A DNA stretch of 49,590 nt from Prasinococcaceae sp. CCMP 1430 (GCA_013416795.1 RQSC01000030.1:1-49590), one strand, 5' to 3'; positions 10,331 to 21,622 are shown, numbered from the stretch's first letter. Numbers and translations: made by a program. The notes: generated from the letters alone by a model not told the origin.

Positions 10331-11251
10331 CTATAGACACCGACGGGACCCACGCTTGCGCAGCACGTAGAGGTAGAAGGTCGCCTTCTTCTTGTGCACC
10401 TCGCGCACACCATCGAGCCGCCAGTCGAGTCCCTTGCGGCACAGCATGTGCGTGCGCGTCGTCGGCCCGCCGTATGAGAGGCACACGTACACGCCGCCAG
10501 GCCGCAGCACGCGGTGCGACTCGTTCAGCATGCGTGCGATGTCGGCCTCAGCGTCTTCATTGTTGGCCAGGCTGTCCAGCGTCGCCTTGTCGACGACGGC
10601 ATCGAAGGAGCCACCCTCGGCATCCAGTGAGCGTACGTCCATTTCCGTGTAGGTGATGCGCGCTCCGGCGTCCGGGCCGCCAGCAACAGCTTCCCGCTCC
10701 TGCTGACGCACCTGCATGAACTTGACCGCCTGTGGCGAGAAGTCTACCGCAAGCATGTTGTCACACATGCGTGCGTCGGCGAGCTCCTCGCAGAGCAGGC
10801 TCATGCCGCAGCCTAGCACGAGCGCTCGCTCGCCGAGGAGGGGGCCGTCGCCAGTGCCGCCACCGCTGCCAACCTCGGACGCGCATTTGCTCGCTTGCAT
10901 GAGCTCTTCGAGCGGCTCACGCCACGCGTCGAACCGAACGTACCATTCCTCATTGGCGAGCGCCTTCTCGCGCGCGCCACCATCGCTGTCACTGCCGCTG
11001 TCCGCGCCCGCCGCGCGTTCATAGCGTTCGCCCCAGTACCGCTGCGAGCCGTACACAGACGCCGACGCCGAGACTGCGGGCGCGCACTCGCGTGCGCCAC
11101 GCGCTCCCACTCCCTCGCCACTCATGCACGCCTCGCCCTCGGCCCCGCCCCCGCCTTCTCTGCTGTTCACCTCCTCACTGGCATTGGCAGCCGCTAGCTG
11201 CGCCGCCTTCTTGGCCGCGAGCCGCGCGATGAGCTCCTCAAGCCGCCCCAT
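10331..11251 (-). CDS. Class I SAM methyltransferase, EEF1AKMT4/METTL13-like
   Basis: YGSQRYWGERY, EWY, LVLGCGMS, VDFS, MDVRSL, FDAVVDKATLDSL and HRVLRPGGVYVCLSYG. ATG at 11251. Confidence 0.85.
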   Translation of the reverse strand: MGRLEELIARLAAKKAAQLAAANASEEVNSREGGGGAEGEACMSGEGVGARGARECAPAVSASASVYGSQRYWGERYERAAGADSGSDSDGGAREKALANEEWYVRFDAWREPLEELMQASKCASEVGSGGGTGDGPLLGERALVLGCGMSLLCEELADARMCDNMLAVDFSPQAVKFMQVRQQEREAVAGGPDAGARITYTEMDVRSLDAEGGSFDAVVDKATLDSLANNEDAEADIARMLNESHRVLRPGGVYVCLSYGGPTTRTHMLCRKGLDWRLDGVREVHKKKATFYLYVLRKRGSRRCL

Positions 11252-11879
11252 CGCGCGCGCTTTGCGCGGGTATACTTCGCGTGCGCTCCCGCTTGCGCTC
11301 CTGCGCGAGCGCTCCTGTGCGCAGTGGCGTGCACGCAACCGCGCGCGACTGCGTCTGCCCGCGCGTTTGTGCGCTCACACCAGCCGCCACATGGCTGTGC
11401 CGTGGATGCGCACCCGACCTCCGTCCCACCCACCCACCCACTTGCCCCTTGCAAATGCACACGTGCCATGCATGCAGTGTGGCGCGCCTGCCCGCGCGTG
11501 TGCGACCGCGCGCCATGTCACCGAATCGAACCACACCGCGCGCCCCATGCGGGGGGCGGGCGCCCACCTGCGGCGCGTGCCCCCCGCACCTCACCGCTGC
11601 CGCTGCTGCAAGGGGGGCTCGACGTGGTGTGCCGTCGTGTGCCGTGGCCCGCAGTGACAGCTGGGAGAGCAGCGGCGCCGCGCGCTAGGGTGCGGTGCTC
11701 CGCTCAGCGCCTGGCTGCGTTGCATCGCGTCGTGCAGCGCAGACCGCGCCTACTGAGCCGTTGCGCAACGCACAGCGCGCGCACTGAAAGCCGGCCGAGG
11801 TGGGGGCCATTGTCGCCACCAACGCCGCGAGGGCCCGCGGGTGTTTGGGTGTGGCTGGTGTGGCCGCGAGGCAGGCAAG

Positions 11880-12425
11880 ATGTCGACGGTGGCAGGTGCG
11901 CCGGCCTCAGGCCGCGTCGTGCTCCCGGACGAGGTGTGCGCAGCGATGGTCGGCGCGTCAGTGCGCGTGACGGGGAACGTCGCCAAGATCGACGCCGCGG
12001 CGGGCACGGCGACACTCGAACAGGTGCGCATGTGGAGGTGGCGCACACGTCCCTACCCCCTTGGGCTATGGTCCCATCTCTCTCTCCTTCTCTTTCGCAG
12101 GCGCGAGCCAGTGCATGCCGACGCCACGCGCACGCTGACCATTGCGCTCGCACTCGTACTCGCGGCGCTCGTTGCCACGGCGCAGTCCGAGCTGGTCATC
12201 GACCTTAGCAACTGCGGCACGTGCTCAGGGGTAGACGGCCACCACGGCGGCGGTGGCGCACCGCCTGTCGTAGGGCGCACCTTCCAATTCATAGGCGAGG
12301 TCGTGCGGCGCGAGGTTGGTGCGGGCGTTGCAGTCGCAGCGCGCATCTCGCGCGACGTCACAGGGATCGACATGCCCCTGTACGCGAATGCGGTGCGCCT
12401 CAGGCGCGCGAGAGGCTACCCCTGA
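11880..12425 (+). CDS. TEN1: CST complex subunit TEN1 (OB fold); exons 11880-12023 and 12186-12425
   Basis: GRVVLPDEV...GASVRVTG..., FQFIGEV and ARISRDVTGIDMPLY match the TEN1 pattern (SLRVT...YQFIGE...ARTGRNVDGIDMNLY, recalled from plant TEN1). Intron GTGCGC...GCTGAC...CGCAG. Confidence 0.78.
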   Translation: MSTVAGAPASGRVVLPDEVCAAMVGASVRVTGNVAKIDAAAGTATLEQVRMWRWRTRPYPLGLWSHLSLLLFRRREPVHADATRTLTIALALVLAALVATAQSELVIDLSNCGTCSGVDGHHGGGGAPPVVGRTFQFIGEVVRREVGAGVAVAARISRDVTGIDMPLYANAVRLRRARGYP

Positions 12426-12634
12426 GAGGCGCGCGCTCAGTCAAGAGCCTGCACAGCGCGCGGCGCCGTGGCGTCTTCACATGCACACACTTTACTGTAT
12501 ATATAGTCTATAGTCCACCAATCATGCAACGTGTCGCGACCTGTCAGGGCAACAGCATACGCTTCAATCGTCGGGCTCGAGGCGCGCCCATCAGGCCGTC
12601 ATCTCCCGAAGTGCAATGCCCCAGTGCCTCGGCC

Positions 12635-15600
12635 TCATTCGCGGACGATGCGGGATACGCTCAGGAAGTGCTCCCGCGCGCGCCGCACCAGCATTGCGAG
12701 GTTTCGCAGCGTCTCCACGTGCGTCGCATGCGCCTCTGCGGACCCCACTTCCTGCTCAGCGCCTTCGATTGCGCGGCGAAGCCGTTCGGCGTAATTGCGC
12801 AGGGTCTGTTGCTGAAACTCGATCATTGCGAGGTCCTGCGGCGAGCGCTCAGCCCCCATCCTGTGCGTGGCGGTGGTAGGAACGCCAGTGCCGCCGCCGC
12901 CATGCTGGGTGACGAGGGTCGACACCTCGGCGCACGCGAGAGTACTGTTGACGCCGCGAATGAGCGCGCGCATTTCCACCAAGACCTCGCCCAGCTCTTG
13001 GGGTTCTATCTCAGTTGGGCAGGCTCCTTGCACATCACCATCCCACCACTCCGGACCAAGGAGGTCGTTGTGCCTGTCAACGACTTCAACGACGGCGTCC
13101 ATGAACGCAGTGGCGGCCTCGAGCAGCTGCGCTGGTGTCGCAGCCGCGGCCTCCGCAGTCGCAACCTCAGTTCTCTCCGAGGACGCGGTGTTGCCCCCCT
13201 CGCTGCTGTCAACGGCACCACTGCCGCATGCCCCACCCCGCGGGGAGCTAGGGGGAGGAGCGATGTCGACATTAGCGTCGCTTGCGACCTCCTCGCTGAG
13301 CGCGACGTCTCCGCCCTCTGACGAAGGAGCTGCGCGGGGATTGGGATGTCTGAGGACACCCGAAGGACTGGCAATGTACGGGAGCGTAGCACGGACGACT
13401 TCGCGATCATGCGAGGCCTGCGCTTCCCGCAGCGCTACGAGCCGCACGCGGAAGTTCCGCGCGCGGTTTGCCAGTGTGCCCAAATGGGGCAACTCCTCGG
13501 CAGACTCTTGCCGTGCGCGTGCGCCAGCGGGCCCGGGATGGTTGGGTGCGCAACTCCCAGCACGGCGCGCAACGATGATCCAGTAGTTCGGAGCGTACCG
13601 ACACGGCCGGTCCTGCCGGTAGCGCCCAGCAAGCCGTTCCCAGGGCGAACGTTTGGGCACATAGGAGTCGCGAGCCTCGGTATCCCGGCGCATGCGTTCT
13701 GCTATCCACGCCGCTCGGTCGGGCGGCTTCTCGCCCACCGATCCCGTGATAGGCTGCCGCTTCCTGTCACGAGGCGATAATCGACCAGATGCCTGCCCCC
13801 TCGTCTCCCCGAATGTCTTCGCGAACAGCTCCTCGTACTCTTGCTTGGTGCGCACGGTCACGGACCCTGGGCATTTGTGCCCGTGCCCAGTCCACGCGGC
13901 AAGACAAACGAAGCAAAACTCAAAGCCGCAGCTGCGGCAGCGCATGTGAGAACACCCGCCGTCGTGCTCGATTGGCCGATAGCAATTTGGGCAATCCTTT
14001 GTGTGAGTGGCGAGATACTCATCATTCTGTTTCGCGATCACGTCGTTATCCACGGCGCCTGTCGCTTCCGCTGCACCTTCTTGTTGTACCGTAGATGCGG
14101 GTCTAGGATTGTCGTCTGCAGCAGTGGCAGTGGCTGCTGCGGCGCCTCCAGCTGAAGCTCCTGCGGGCTCCGGCGCAGCGGCATGCCACTGTCGATTTTG
14201 GGCCGGGCGCGGCGCGCGCATCGCCACGGGCGTGTCCTCGACGGGGTCCGGGTCGTCAAAAAGGCCCGCGAGAGCTGCGTCATCCAGCAGGCCTGCTTCT
14301 TCTGGCCTTGGCAGCAGGTCGTCCAATGCAAGAGTCAACTGGTCGGCGATCATCGGGGGTGCACGGATCGTTGGACGTGCAGACCGTCCCTGCACCTCTA
14401 TAGCCGCATCCTCATCACTGTCTGCAACTGTTGGATCATCCACATCAACGCCTGCAACCGTTGGATCTATCACGGGCGCGGCTCTCATCAGTTCGTCGCG
14501 ACGGATATCCTCCGTTGGATTTGCCACGGCCATAGCTCTCGTCTGTTCGTCGCGATGAATATCCTCGAAGGCTGCCACCAGGACGTCGAGGATGGCCAGC
14601 CTATCGCTCGAGCCATTCTGCGCCATGGCACTAGCGCGCGTGACAGCGCCAGCTGCACGCTCATCGCTGAAGATCCTGCACGCAAAAAAAGCCATCAGAG
14701 GCGACATCCGCCCTGCTCCGAATGTTTCGAGCCAGCGCACAAGTTCGGCGCGCCCAGAAACATCACCTCCAGCGGCGGCACTCCCAGCGGCGGCGCTACC
14801 AGCGGCGGCGCTGCCAGCGGCGGCGCTGCCAGCGGCGGCACTCCCAGAGGCGGCGCTGCCAGCGGCGGTGCCCACAGCAATGGCAGTATCCCCAGCAGCA
14901 CCGCCGTTAGGGACGGCAGCAGCCTCCGCGGCAGCGCCAGAGTTGGTAGTAGTGCCCTGGGCCGCCCTTCTTAAGCTACGCATCGCTTCTTCCCAGGTGT
15001 TCCTGACATTGAGGTCCCTGTCGTGGGCGGCCTCGAAGCGGAGGTCCCTAGTAGCCTCGGCGAGCGCCGTCCTCGCATCATGCAGCGCTCGGCGCACTGA
15101 TTGGGTGCCCTTGTCGACGACTTCGACGGTGGTTCTCCATGACCGCATCTGCGCACACGTCGCAGGCTCGTGCCCGGCCGCGCCACAAAGGAAGCAAAAC
15201 GTCCACCCGCAACTGCAGACGACGTCGAACCCCGTGCCATTTTCCTTCGCACGGTCCACATCCCTCCGAGGAGCCTGCACAACGCCATTACAGCCTCCAG
15301 GGCGCGAGCAATGCACCTGATGCGACGGCAGCAACTCGGCTCGCACGCGCGCGAAATGCTTGACGGCGTCCGCGTCGACCTTTCGCGGCGACGCGCGTGC
15401 CGTGTCAGCACGTCAGCCATCGGGACGCAAACGTCAGGCGAGGAGCGCGCGGGCGGCCGCGACCCACGCACCAGCTGTGCCACCATCCCCAGCGGAAGAA
15501 AGCCCTGCTCTTCGTCGCCAGCGGCCATGCAGGTCGGACACGAGACTGAACCGGGATGGCCTTGGCCAGTTCCAGCCGCTAGCGAGCTGATGGTGTGTTT

Positions 15601-16164
15601 CACGTAGTTCACGGCGCAGTCACGATGGCAGATGTGGTGGCAGCCGCGGAATGTGACGGTCGCCGTCGCTTCGGCGGTGCCTGCACTTGCCTCGACGTCC
15701 GAGCTGCCAATGTCCTCCATGCATATCGGGCACAGACGACGACCAAGCTCCTCATCCTGCGAGCTCTTGCCGATGCGCTTGAGCATGCTGCGCAGACCTG
15801 CCCCCCTGTCCTCGTCGTCGTCGCCGCCCCCGTCGCTGCCACGGCGACCGAGCACCCCCTGCGGATCCCATCGTTTCCTCACAAGCTGTTCCTCGGCCTC
15901 CTCCGGGCTCACATTCCGCAGCTCTGCGAGGAGCGCGATGTCCTCGCGCCTGCGCTCGTCGAGCTGGTACGGCGCAAAGGTCCGAATGTCCGCCTCCTCG
16001 CGCCCTGCGCGCCCTTGCTGCCCGCCCGTGGCGGACTCGTTGCCATTTCGGGTGGAGGGCTCGCCGTACCCCTCGTACGCGCTCGCGTCGGAATCGAAGG
16101 TGACGCAACTCCAGTTGCTGACGTCGCTCCCGTAGCCGCTCGTCGAAATGGCGGCCCCAGCCAC
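12635..16164 (-). CDS. Ariadne-like RBR E3 ubiquitin ligase; exons 16164-15472 and 15379-12635 (further introns possible)
   Basis: RING1 (CPICMED...CHHICHRDC...CPTC), IBR (CSRPGGC...CSCGWTFCFLCGAAGHEPATC) and RING2 (TKDCPNCYRPIEHDGGCSHMRCRSCGFEFCFVC). A 92-nt intron GTGCGT...GCTGAC...AAG joins the two ORF frames. Confidence 0.85.
14770..14874. repeat. 15-nt minisatellite x7 encoding (GSAAA)n in the RBR linker
   Basis: Units CAGCGGCGGC[A/G]CT[C/A/G]C counted directly, the last two being degenerate. Confidence 0.9.
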
Positions 16165-16320
16165 GCCTGAGCCGGCGCGGGCGTCCCCCTCGGCCGCGCC
16201 GCCGCCGCCCGGACCCCATCTCCGTGCGCACTTCCCCCCGGCAGCGCGCCGCGCACCGCCCGCTGCTTGCGCGGCCGCGCGAGGCCGGAGGCATCAATTT
16301 CGAGGCGCTTTCCGCCGATT

Positions 16321-19300
16321 CTAAATTGATAGTGATGTACACATGTATGGGACATTGTCCGTTTTGTTCCGAATGTTATCTGCGCTTCGGCCTCGCGATC
16401 GCTCGGTGCGCTGGCAGGCGGAGCGGGGAGGGGGGCGGCGGGGCGCGGGGCGCGGGCGCTCGCCCGGCGACGGGCCGAGCGCCGCCGCCGCCGCGGAGGC
16501 CGCCATGTCCGCCACCTCCATCTCCTCGAGCGGCAGGCTGGCCATCTCGCGGCGGAGCCACGCGAGCTGCGTCATGACGGACTCGGCATCGCTCGGCGCA
16601 GCGGCCAGCGGCGCTGCAGCCGGTGGCGGTGCGGGCGCGGCGCTCAGCGGTGGCCAGGGCTGCCCGAGCTGCGCCCCCACGTGCGGCAGCGGCTGCGTCC
16701 CAGTGGCGGGCGCGGTGCCCCGCATGCGGCTCAGCGCTTCGTCGAGCTCCTGCAGGCGGCGCTTCTGCAGCGTCTCAGAGACCACACCAGCCGCCGTGAT
16801 GCCCATGGCTGGCGTCCGAGGGCTGTTGGCGTCCACGTCTGCCAGGACGCCGCGATGCGCGCCGCCCGCAGAGCTGTGTGGCGATGTCGGCATCGCGGGC
16901 GGCAGCGGCGCGCTCACCGAGTCCTTTGCGACCTCAGCGAACAGGTCATCCAGCTTGAGGTCTTCTGCCGCTCTCGGCGGCTTCTGGTCCTCGAGTGGCG
17001 ACGGTTCTGCCTCGTCCACGCGCGCGCCGGTCGCTAACGCTGCCTCTTTCTGAAGACGCTCGACCGTGTGCGTCAATTGCTCCACGCGTGCCTGCAAGTC
17101 CGGGGCTGTGGTGCTTGCCTCAACGGCTGCACCTTCCCTCACGGTCACGTCGCCCGCCGACGCGACGGCCTGCCCGCCGAGCGTCGCCCGCGAGCTCTCA
17201 CCCACCGTGACGCCGGTGTCTGAAGCAGCCTGGCCATCGGTGGGAGCACACCCGGCACCTTCGGTGGCGCTTTCGCGCGGCGTCAACTTCTTTGAGGCCG
17301 CCAGCTCCGTGCTCGCTCCGAAGAGCACTCGGCGATGGGGCTCGCGCGCAGGCGTTTCCGAAGGCGAGATGCTCGCGCGCGCCGGTGTGGATGCGACGGA
17401 CCCCCCGGTCGGGGCCGGAGCGCTCTCCTGCGCGGTCGATGCCCTCTTTGGGTTGCTTGTTCGCATGTGGGCGGGGGTCCTGCCGTGGCTGAGGTGCGTG
17501 GTGAGCGGGTCGGAGCTCGAAAGCGGCACGCGCGCGAGGTGCCACGCAGCTTTGCGCAGCTGAGCGAGGAGCGCCTCAGCCTGCATGCGCTGCGCAAAGT
17601 CGCACTCGCCGAGAGCGCCCTGCACCTCCTCGTCTGAGAGCGCGTGTGCGCATCCCTGCATAAGCAGGAACAGCGTGATGCCGTCACCCGACATCCACAC
17701 GACCACGTCGTCGGGCACCAGCAGCGCATCGCAGTCCGATGCGAGCTTGCTAATCAGCTCGGCCTCTCCGCGCATGAAAGGTCGTACGCGCCCACGTGAT
17801 ACAATGGCTGAGGCGAAGTCACCCAGGCCAGCGAACATGTGCAGCTTCCTCAGACACGGAAGCACCAGCTCGCGCGCCTGCTCCTGCACGGTCGCGCCTT
17901 CCTCAGAGGCGGCGCCGCTGCCCGCCCCAGCCCGCGAGAGGCGCTGGACCAATTCGTCGCCCTCTCCACCACGTTGGGCAAGGCGGTCGGCAAGCTCCGC
18001 TATGCGTGACTGCAATTGCTCCGTCGACGCATGCTCGCCTGTAGCTGTGCGCGTGCCGCTCTCGGCGGCCTCGCGCAGCAGCGCGTGCTTCTCGCGCTCG
18101 AGGCGCGACAGCTCCACGCGCAGCGTCTCAGCCGCCTCGTCCGCCGCGCGCTGCTGCTCGAGCAGCGCAGCGTCGGATTGCGCCACTCGCACCTCCAGCT
18201 CGTCACGTTCCGCCTCGAGCAACTCGGCAGAGCGCTTGTTCAGCGCCGCCGACATCTGCGCCACCCGCTCTTGGAAACCGTCCAAATGGCCCGTGCGCGC
18301 GGCCTCTTCCTGCGCGAGCGCGAGCTGCTCGCGCAGCTCGGCCAACTCTTGCTCATGCGCGCGCTGCTGCTCGGCGGCAGTGTGCCTGGCCTCGGCAAGC
18401 TCCTCCTGAAGCGCCATGTGCCGTTCGGACAGCACGCCAAGGCCGTCCTCGCTCGTGGCGAGGCCATGCCTGAGCTCGGTCACGTCGGCCTCAGCTGCGC
18501 TGAGGCTTGCGGCTGCCCCACGCTCGCGCGAGAGCTCTTCGGTGAGCGCGCCACGCTCCTCCTCGAGCTTTGCGATCACGGCCCCCAGTCGTCGCTCGGT
18601 CTCCACGCGCAGGCTCTCCTCCTTTTGTAGCCGCGTGCCGAGGTCATCGACCTGCTCCTTGAGCTCCGCCATGGCCTCGTATGTGCGAGGAAGTTCTTCC
18701 TCCGCAATGACGCGAACGGCGCGGTCCTCGAGCTGAGCCTGAACATCCTCGAGCTTTTCGGCGATGCACATGATTTCGCTCCGATCGTCCACGCGCCTCA
18801 GTGCCAGGCGCTCCCGAAGCTTATCTGCGGCGGCGAGGCTCTCCTCAGTTCCATTGATGCCGTCGAGCACGTGCTGTGCCTCGCGCAAGTCATCGCGCAT
18901 CTCTGCGATCTGCTCCTCAAGCTCGTGCTCGCGCTTCTCAGCCTTCTCACGCGTCTGCTCCAGCTCGTTGCTAAGGTAGGTCACTTGTCCCTGCAGTGCG
19001 TCTACGGCCTTGCTCTGCTCTGAGGTACGAGACACGAGCTTGGCATCAGCGTCGCGCGCATCCTGCTGGCTTTCCTCCAGTCGCTCCTCTAACTGGCGGC
19101 GGGCCAGCTGCTCGTGATGCAGCTTGTCCTGCAGTGTCACACGCTCCCTGCGCGTCTCTTCCAGGGCATCATTGAGCTCCTCCACGCGCTGCTCGAGCCA
19201 CGTGGACTGCTCCGCGGCGTGCAACGCCACGCCCAGCTCACGCTCGATCTCAGCGCGCTGCACGCGCTCCGCCGCCAGCGCCTCTGCAATCTCAGCGCGC

Positions 19301-20802
19301 TCGCAGCCCAACTGCGACACCAGTGAAGTGCGCTCGAGCTCGGCGGCCTCGAGCTCGGCCGTGAGGCGGATCGTCGCGCGCTCTTGCAGCTCCTCCTCTT
19401 GTGTGATGCGGCTTTCCATCTCCCCAACCTCGGTCAAAAGCTTGCGCTCACGAGCTGCCGCTTTGGCCAGTTCCTCACTCTTTTCTTCGATCGCGAGGTC
19501 GCGCGACGTGAGCGACGATCCAAGCGCGCCCTCCTTTTCGTGTGCCGCAGCCAGCTGCTCGCGTAGCCGCTCCAACTCCTCGCGCAGCCCGACGACCATC
19601 TGGTGCTCCTGCCCGACGGTCCCGATGGCCAGAAGGCTCTTGCACGCCTCCCTCTCAGCGGCGAGCGTCACCTCCAGGTGCGAGTTCTGCGTACGCTGCA
19701 GTTCGAGCTCCCGTCGCGCGTCTCGCATGGTCATCACCGCCTCATCTCGCTCGGCGCGCACGCCCTCCAGCTCCTTGAGCGTGCTCAACGCGGACGCCAA
19801 ATCGGCAGAGAGCTCTGCCTGTCGCGCATGGGAGCCCTTGGAACTCTCGAAGGTGGTTTCCATCGCACGCGTGAGCTCCTCGGCGCGCATCTCGGCTGCC
19901 TCGGCGCGCGCCTCGGCGGCCTCGCGCGCGGAAATCTCCGCTTGTGCTCTTGCGTCAGCTATGTCACGCTCGCCGACGGCGGCATCCGCTTGGTCCATCG
20001 CGAGCTCGACCTCTTGCTCAGCCAGCTGGCGAGCACGCGCTTCCTCCGAGAGCTTGGCCTGCGCGACCTTGATGCCATTCTCGTACGCCGCCATGCGCTC
20101 ATCGCCCTCGGCGTCGCCGCTCGCGCCGCGCGCCGCCAGCGCGCCGATGCCCGGAGACGCTTCAGTGCCCGCGCTTGCTGAGGCTCGTCCGTCCGCCGAG
20201 ACGGTAGCGAGCTTCGAGCGCAGACGCGCGACCTCGCCCGCCAGCCGGTGCTCAAGCTCATCGCGGTCTGCCGCGACGGCACTCTCACGCTCTCGCGCGG
20301 CATCTGCCTCCGCGCGCGCACGTCGGGCGTCGTTCGCAGCGTCGCCCGCGGCGCGCACCGCCTCGTCCAAGCGTCCCTCAAGCTCAGCGATGCGATCTTG
20401 CTCAGCCTCCGTCGAGCTCTGCCGTCGCTCTTGCAGCACCGACGGTGCAATGTCCTCCGCTGTGCCCCCCGGCGACGAGCGCGTCGCAAGGAGCTCAGCC
20501 TTGCGTAACTCCAACCGGGCACGCGCCGCCTGGAGCTTTTCCATGCCGTCACTCGCACCGGTGGAGATGGCACCGATCTGCGACTCGTTTGCCGCGGGTG
20601 CGGGCGCGGGGGCAGGCGTTGCTACGGGCGTCCCCACGGCGCTCGATGCGCTGCCGCGCGTGGCCACTCGCTCCTCCAGCTGTTTCCGCCGCACCAGCAG
20701 CTTCTCCCTCGCCGCCGCGATCTGCGATATGGAGTCGCGCGCGCTCAGCGACACAGTCGAGGTCGCATCCGGCACCGTCGAAGCGCCACCGCTGTCGCTC
20801 AT
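16321..20802 (-). CDS. Long coiled-coil protein of unknown function (about 1490 aa)
   Basis: About 1000 aa of E/A/L/R-rich heptad sequence from ATG 20802 (MSDSGGAST), then a small globular segment and a Pro/Ser-rich tail. No recognised family. 3' introns cannot be excluded. Confidence 0.75.
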   Translation of the reverse strand: MSDSGGASTVPDATSTVSLSARDSISQIAAAREKLLVRRKQLEERVATRGSASSAVGTPVATPAPAPAPAANESQIGAISTGASDGMEKLQAARARLELRKAELLATRSSPGGTAEDIAPSVLQERRQSSTEAEQDRIAELEGRLDEAVRAAGDAANDARRARAEADAARERESAVAADRDELEHRLAGEVARLRSKLATVSADGRASASAGTEASPGIGALAARGASGDAEGDERMAAYENGIKVAQAKLSEEARARQLAEQEVELAMDQADAAVGERDIADARAQAEISAREAAEARAEAAEMRAEELTRAMETTFESSKGSHARQAELSADLASALSTLKELEGVRAERDEAVMTMRDARRELELQRTQNSHLEVTLAAEREACKSLLAIGTVGQEHQMVVGLREELERLREQLAAAHEKEGALGSSLTSRDLAIEEKSEELAKAAARERKLLTEVGEMESRITQEEELQERATIRLTAELEAAELERTSLVSQLGCERAEIAEALAAERVQRAEIERELGVALHAAEQSTWLEQRVEELNDALEETRRERVTLQDKLHHEQLARRQLEERLEESQQDARDADAKLVSRTSEQSKAVDALQGQVTYLSNELEQTREKAEKREHELEEQIAEMRDDLREAQHVLDGINGTEESLAAADKLRERLALRRVDDRSEIMCIAEKLEDVQAQLEDRAVRVIAEEELPRTYEAMAELKEQVDDLGTRLQKEESLRVETERRLGAVIAKLEEERGALTEELSRERGAAASLSAAEADVTELRHGLATSEDGLGVLSERHMALQEELAEARHTAAEQQRAHEQELAELREQLALAQEEAARTGHLDGFQERVAQMSAALNKRSAELLEAERDELEVRVAQSDAALLEQQRAADEAAETLRVELSRLEREKHALLREAAESGTRTATGEHASTEQLQSRIAELADRLAQRGGEGDELVQRLSRAGAGSGAASEEGATVQEQARELVLPCLRKLHMFAGLGDFASAIVSRGRVRPFMRGEAELISKLASDCDALLVPDDVVVWMSGDGITLFLLMQGCAHALSDEEVQGALGECDFAQRMQAEALLAQLRKAAWHLARVPLSSSDPLTTHLSHGRTPAHMRTSNPKRASTAQESAPAPTGGSVASTPARASISPSETPAREPHRRVLFGASTELAASKKLTPRESATEGAGCAPTDGQAASDTGVTVGESSRATLGGQAVASAGDVTVREGAAVEASTTAPDLQARVEQLTHTVERLQKEAALATGARVDEAEPSPLEDQKPPRAAEDLKLDDLFAEVAKDSVSAPLPPAMPTSPHSSAGGAHRGVLADVDANSPRTPAMGITAAGVVSETLQKRRLQELDEALSRMRGTAPATGTQPLPHVGAQLGQPWPPLSAAPAPPPAAAPLAAAPSDAESVMTQLAWLRREMASLPLEEMEVADMAASAAAAALGPSPGERPRPAPRRPPPRSACQRTERSRGRSADNIRNKTDNVPYMCTSLSI

Positions 20803-21589
20803 CGTGCGAGCCCGGCAAGGCGCGCTTGCGCATGCGCCTGCACGCCTGCGCGCGCGCGCACGCCCGCGCCCGCGCACGAGCGCGTGCGAACGCGCTCGTC
20901 NGTGGAGACTCGCGCCGCGAGCTGGCCCGCGGCGAGCGCCATACCCACGCCGGCGGCGCCCGCCGCCGGCCCGTCCATCCAGCCGGGCGTAGCGGCACTC
21001 CGCCCACCCAACTGACCCACCCTCCACTGGGCTGTCTGGGGCGGCGCCGCGCCGCGCCGCGCCGCCCCGCGCCACTGTGGCGGGCTAACCCCGGTCCCCT
21101 GCCCCTGCCCCCTCCCTCCCTCCCTCCCTCCCTCCCTCCCCTCGGTGCCCCTGCCGCCCTGCCGCCCGCCGGCCGCGTCCGCGCGTGCGCGCGAAATTCG
21201 AATGCGTTTTGACGTCCATGCAGACGCGCATATCAAAACGCACCCGATCCGCGCTACGATACCATTGTGTCGACTTCAATTAGCCGTTGCAAGCCGTTGC
21301 ACCCGCGGCCACCGCGGCCCCGCGGATCGACGGATCTCAGACCCTATTTAGTTACACCCCAACAGGCCGTGCGAGCGCGGCAGCGAACCAACGTTCCTTG
21401 GTTCAAAATCATCCATACCCGCGGGTTTCGGTTTCGTTCGGTGCCTTCGGCACACCCGCGCGCATTCGCTGCGGTCGGCGGCGGGAATCGGAGAAAAGGG
21501 ATTCCGAATCCGAATTCCGCTCCGAAGCAGCGGTTTCGGTTTCGCTCGCGCGTGCGGGCGCCGCCCCGCGCCTCCCGTCGCCCCGCGCG

Positions 21590-21622
21590 CCCCGATCGCG
21601 CCCCGATCGCGCCCCGATCGCG
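21590..21622. repeat. 11-nt tandem repeat x3 (CCCCGATCGCG) upstream of alpha-adaptin
   Basis: Three exact copies ending about 70 nt before the ATG at 21692. Confidence 0.9.

Noticed and set aside
19124-20992. 622-aa Ser/Ala-rich plus-strand ORF
   Set aside because: Antisense translation of the coiled-coil gene (GAG/GCG codons read as Ser/Arg).
20902-21075. RGG-rich N-terminal extension of the 1584-aa ORF
   Set aside because: GTG start, crosses the N at 20901, and lies in GC-rich promoter-like DNA. ATG 20802 is more plausible.
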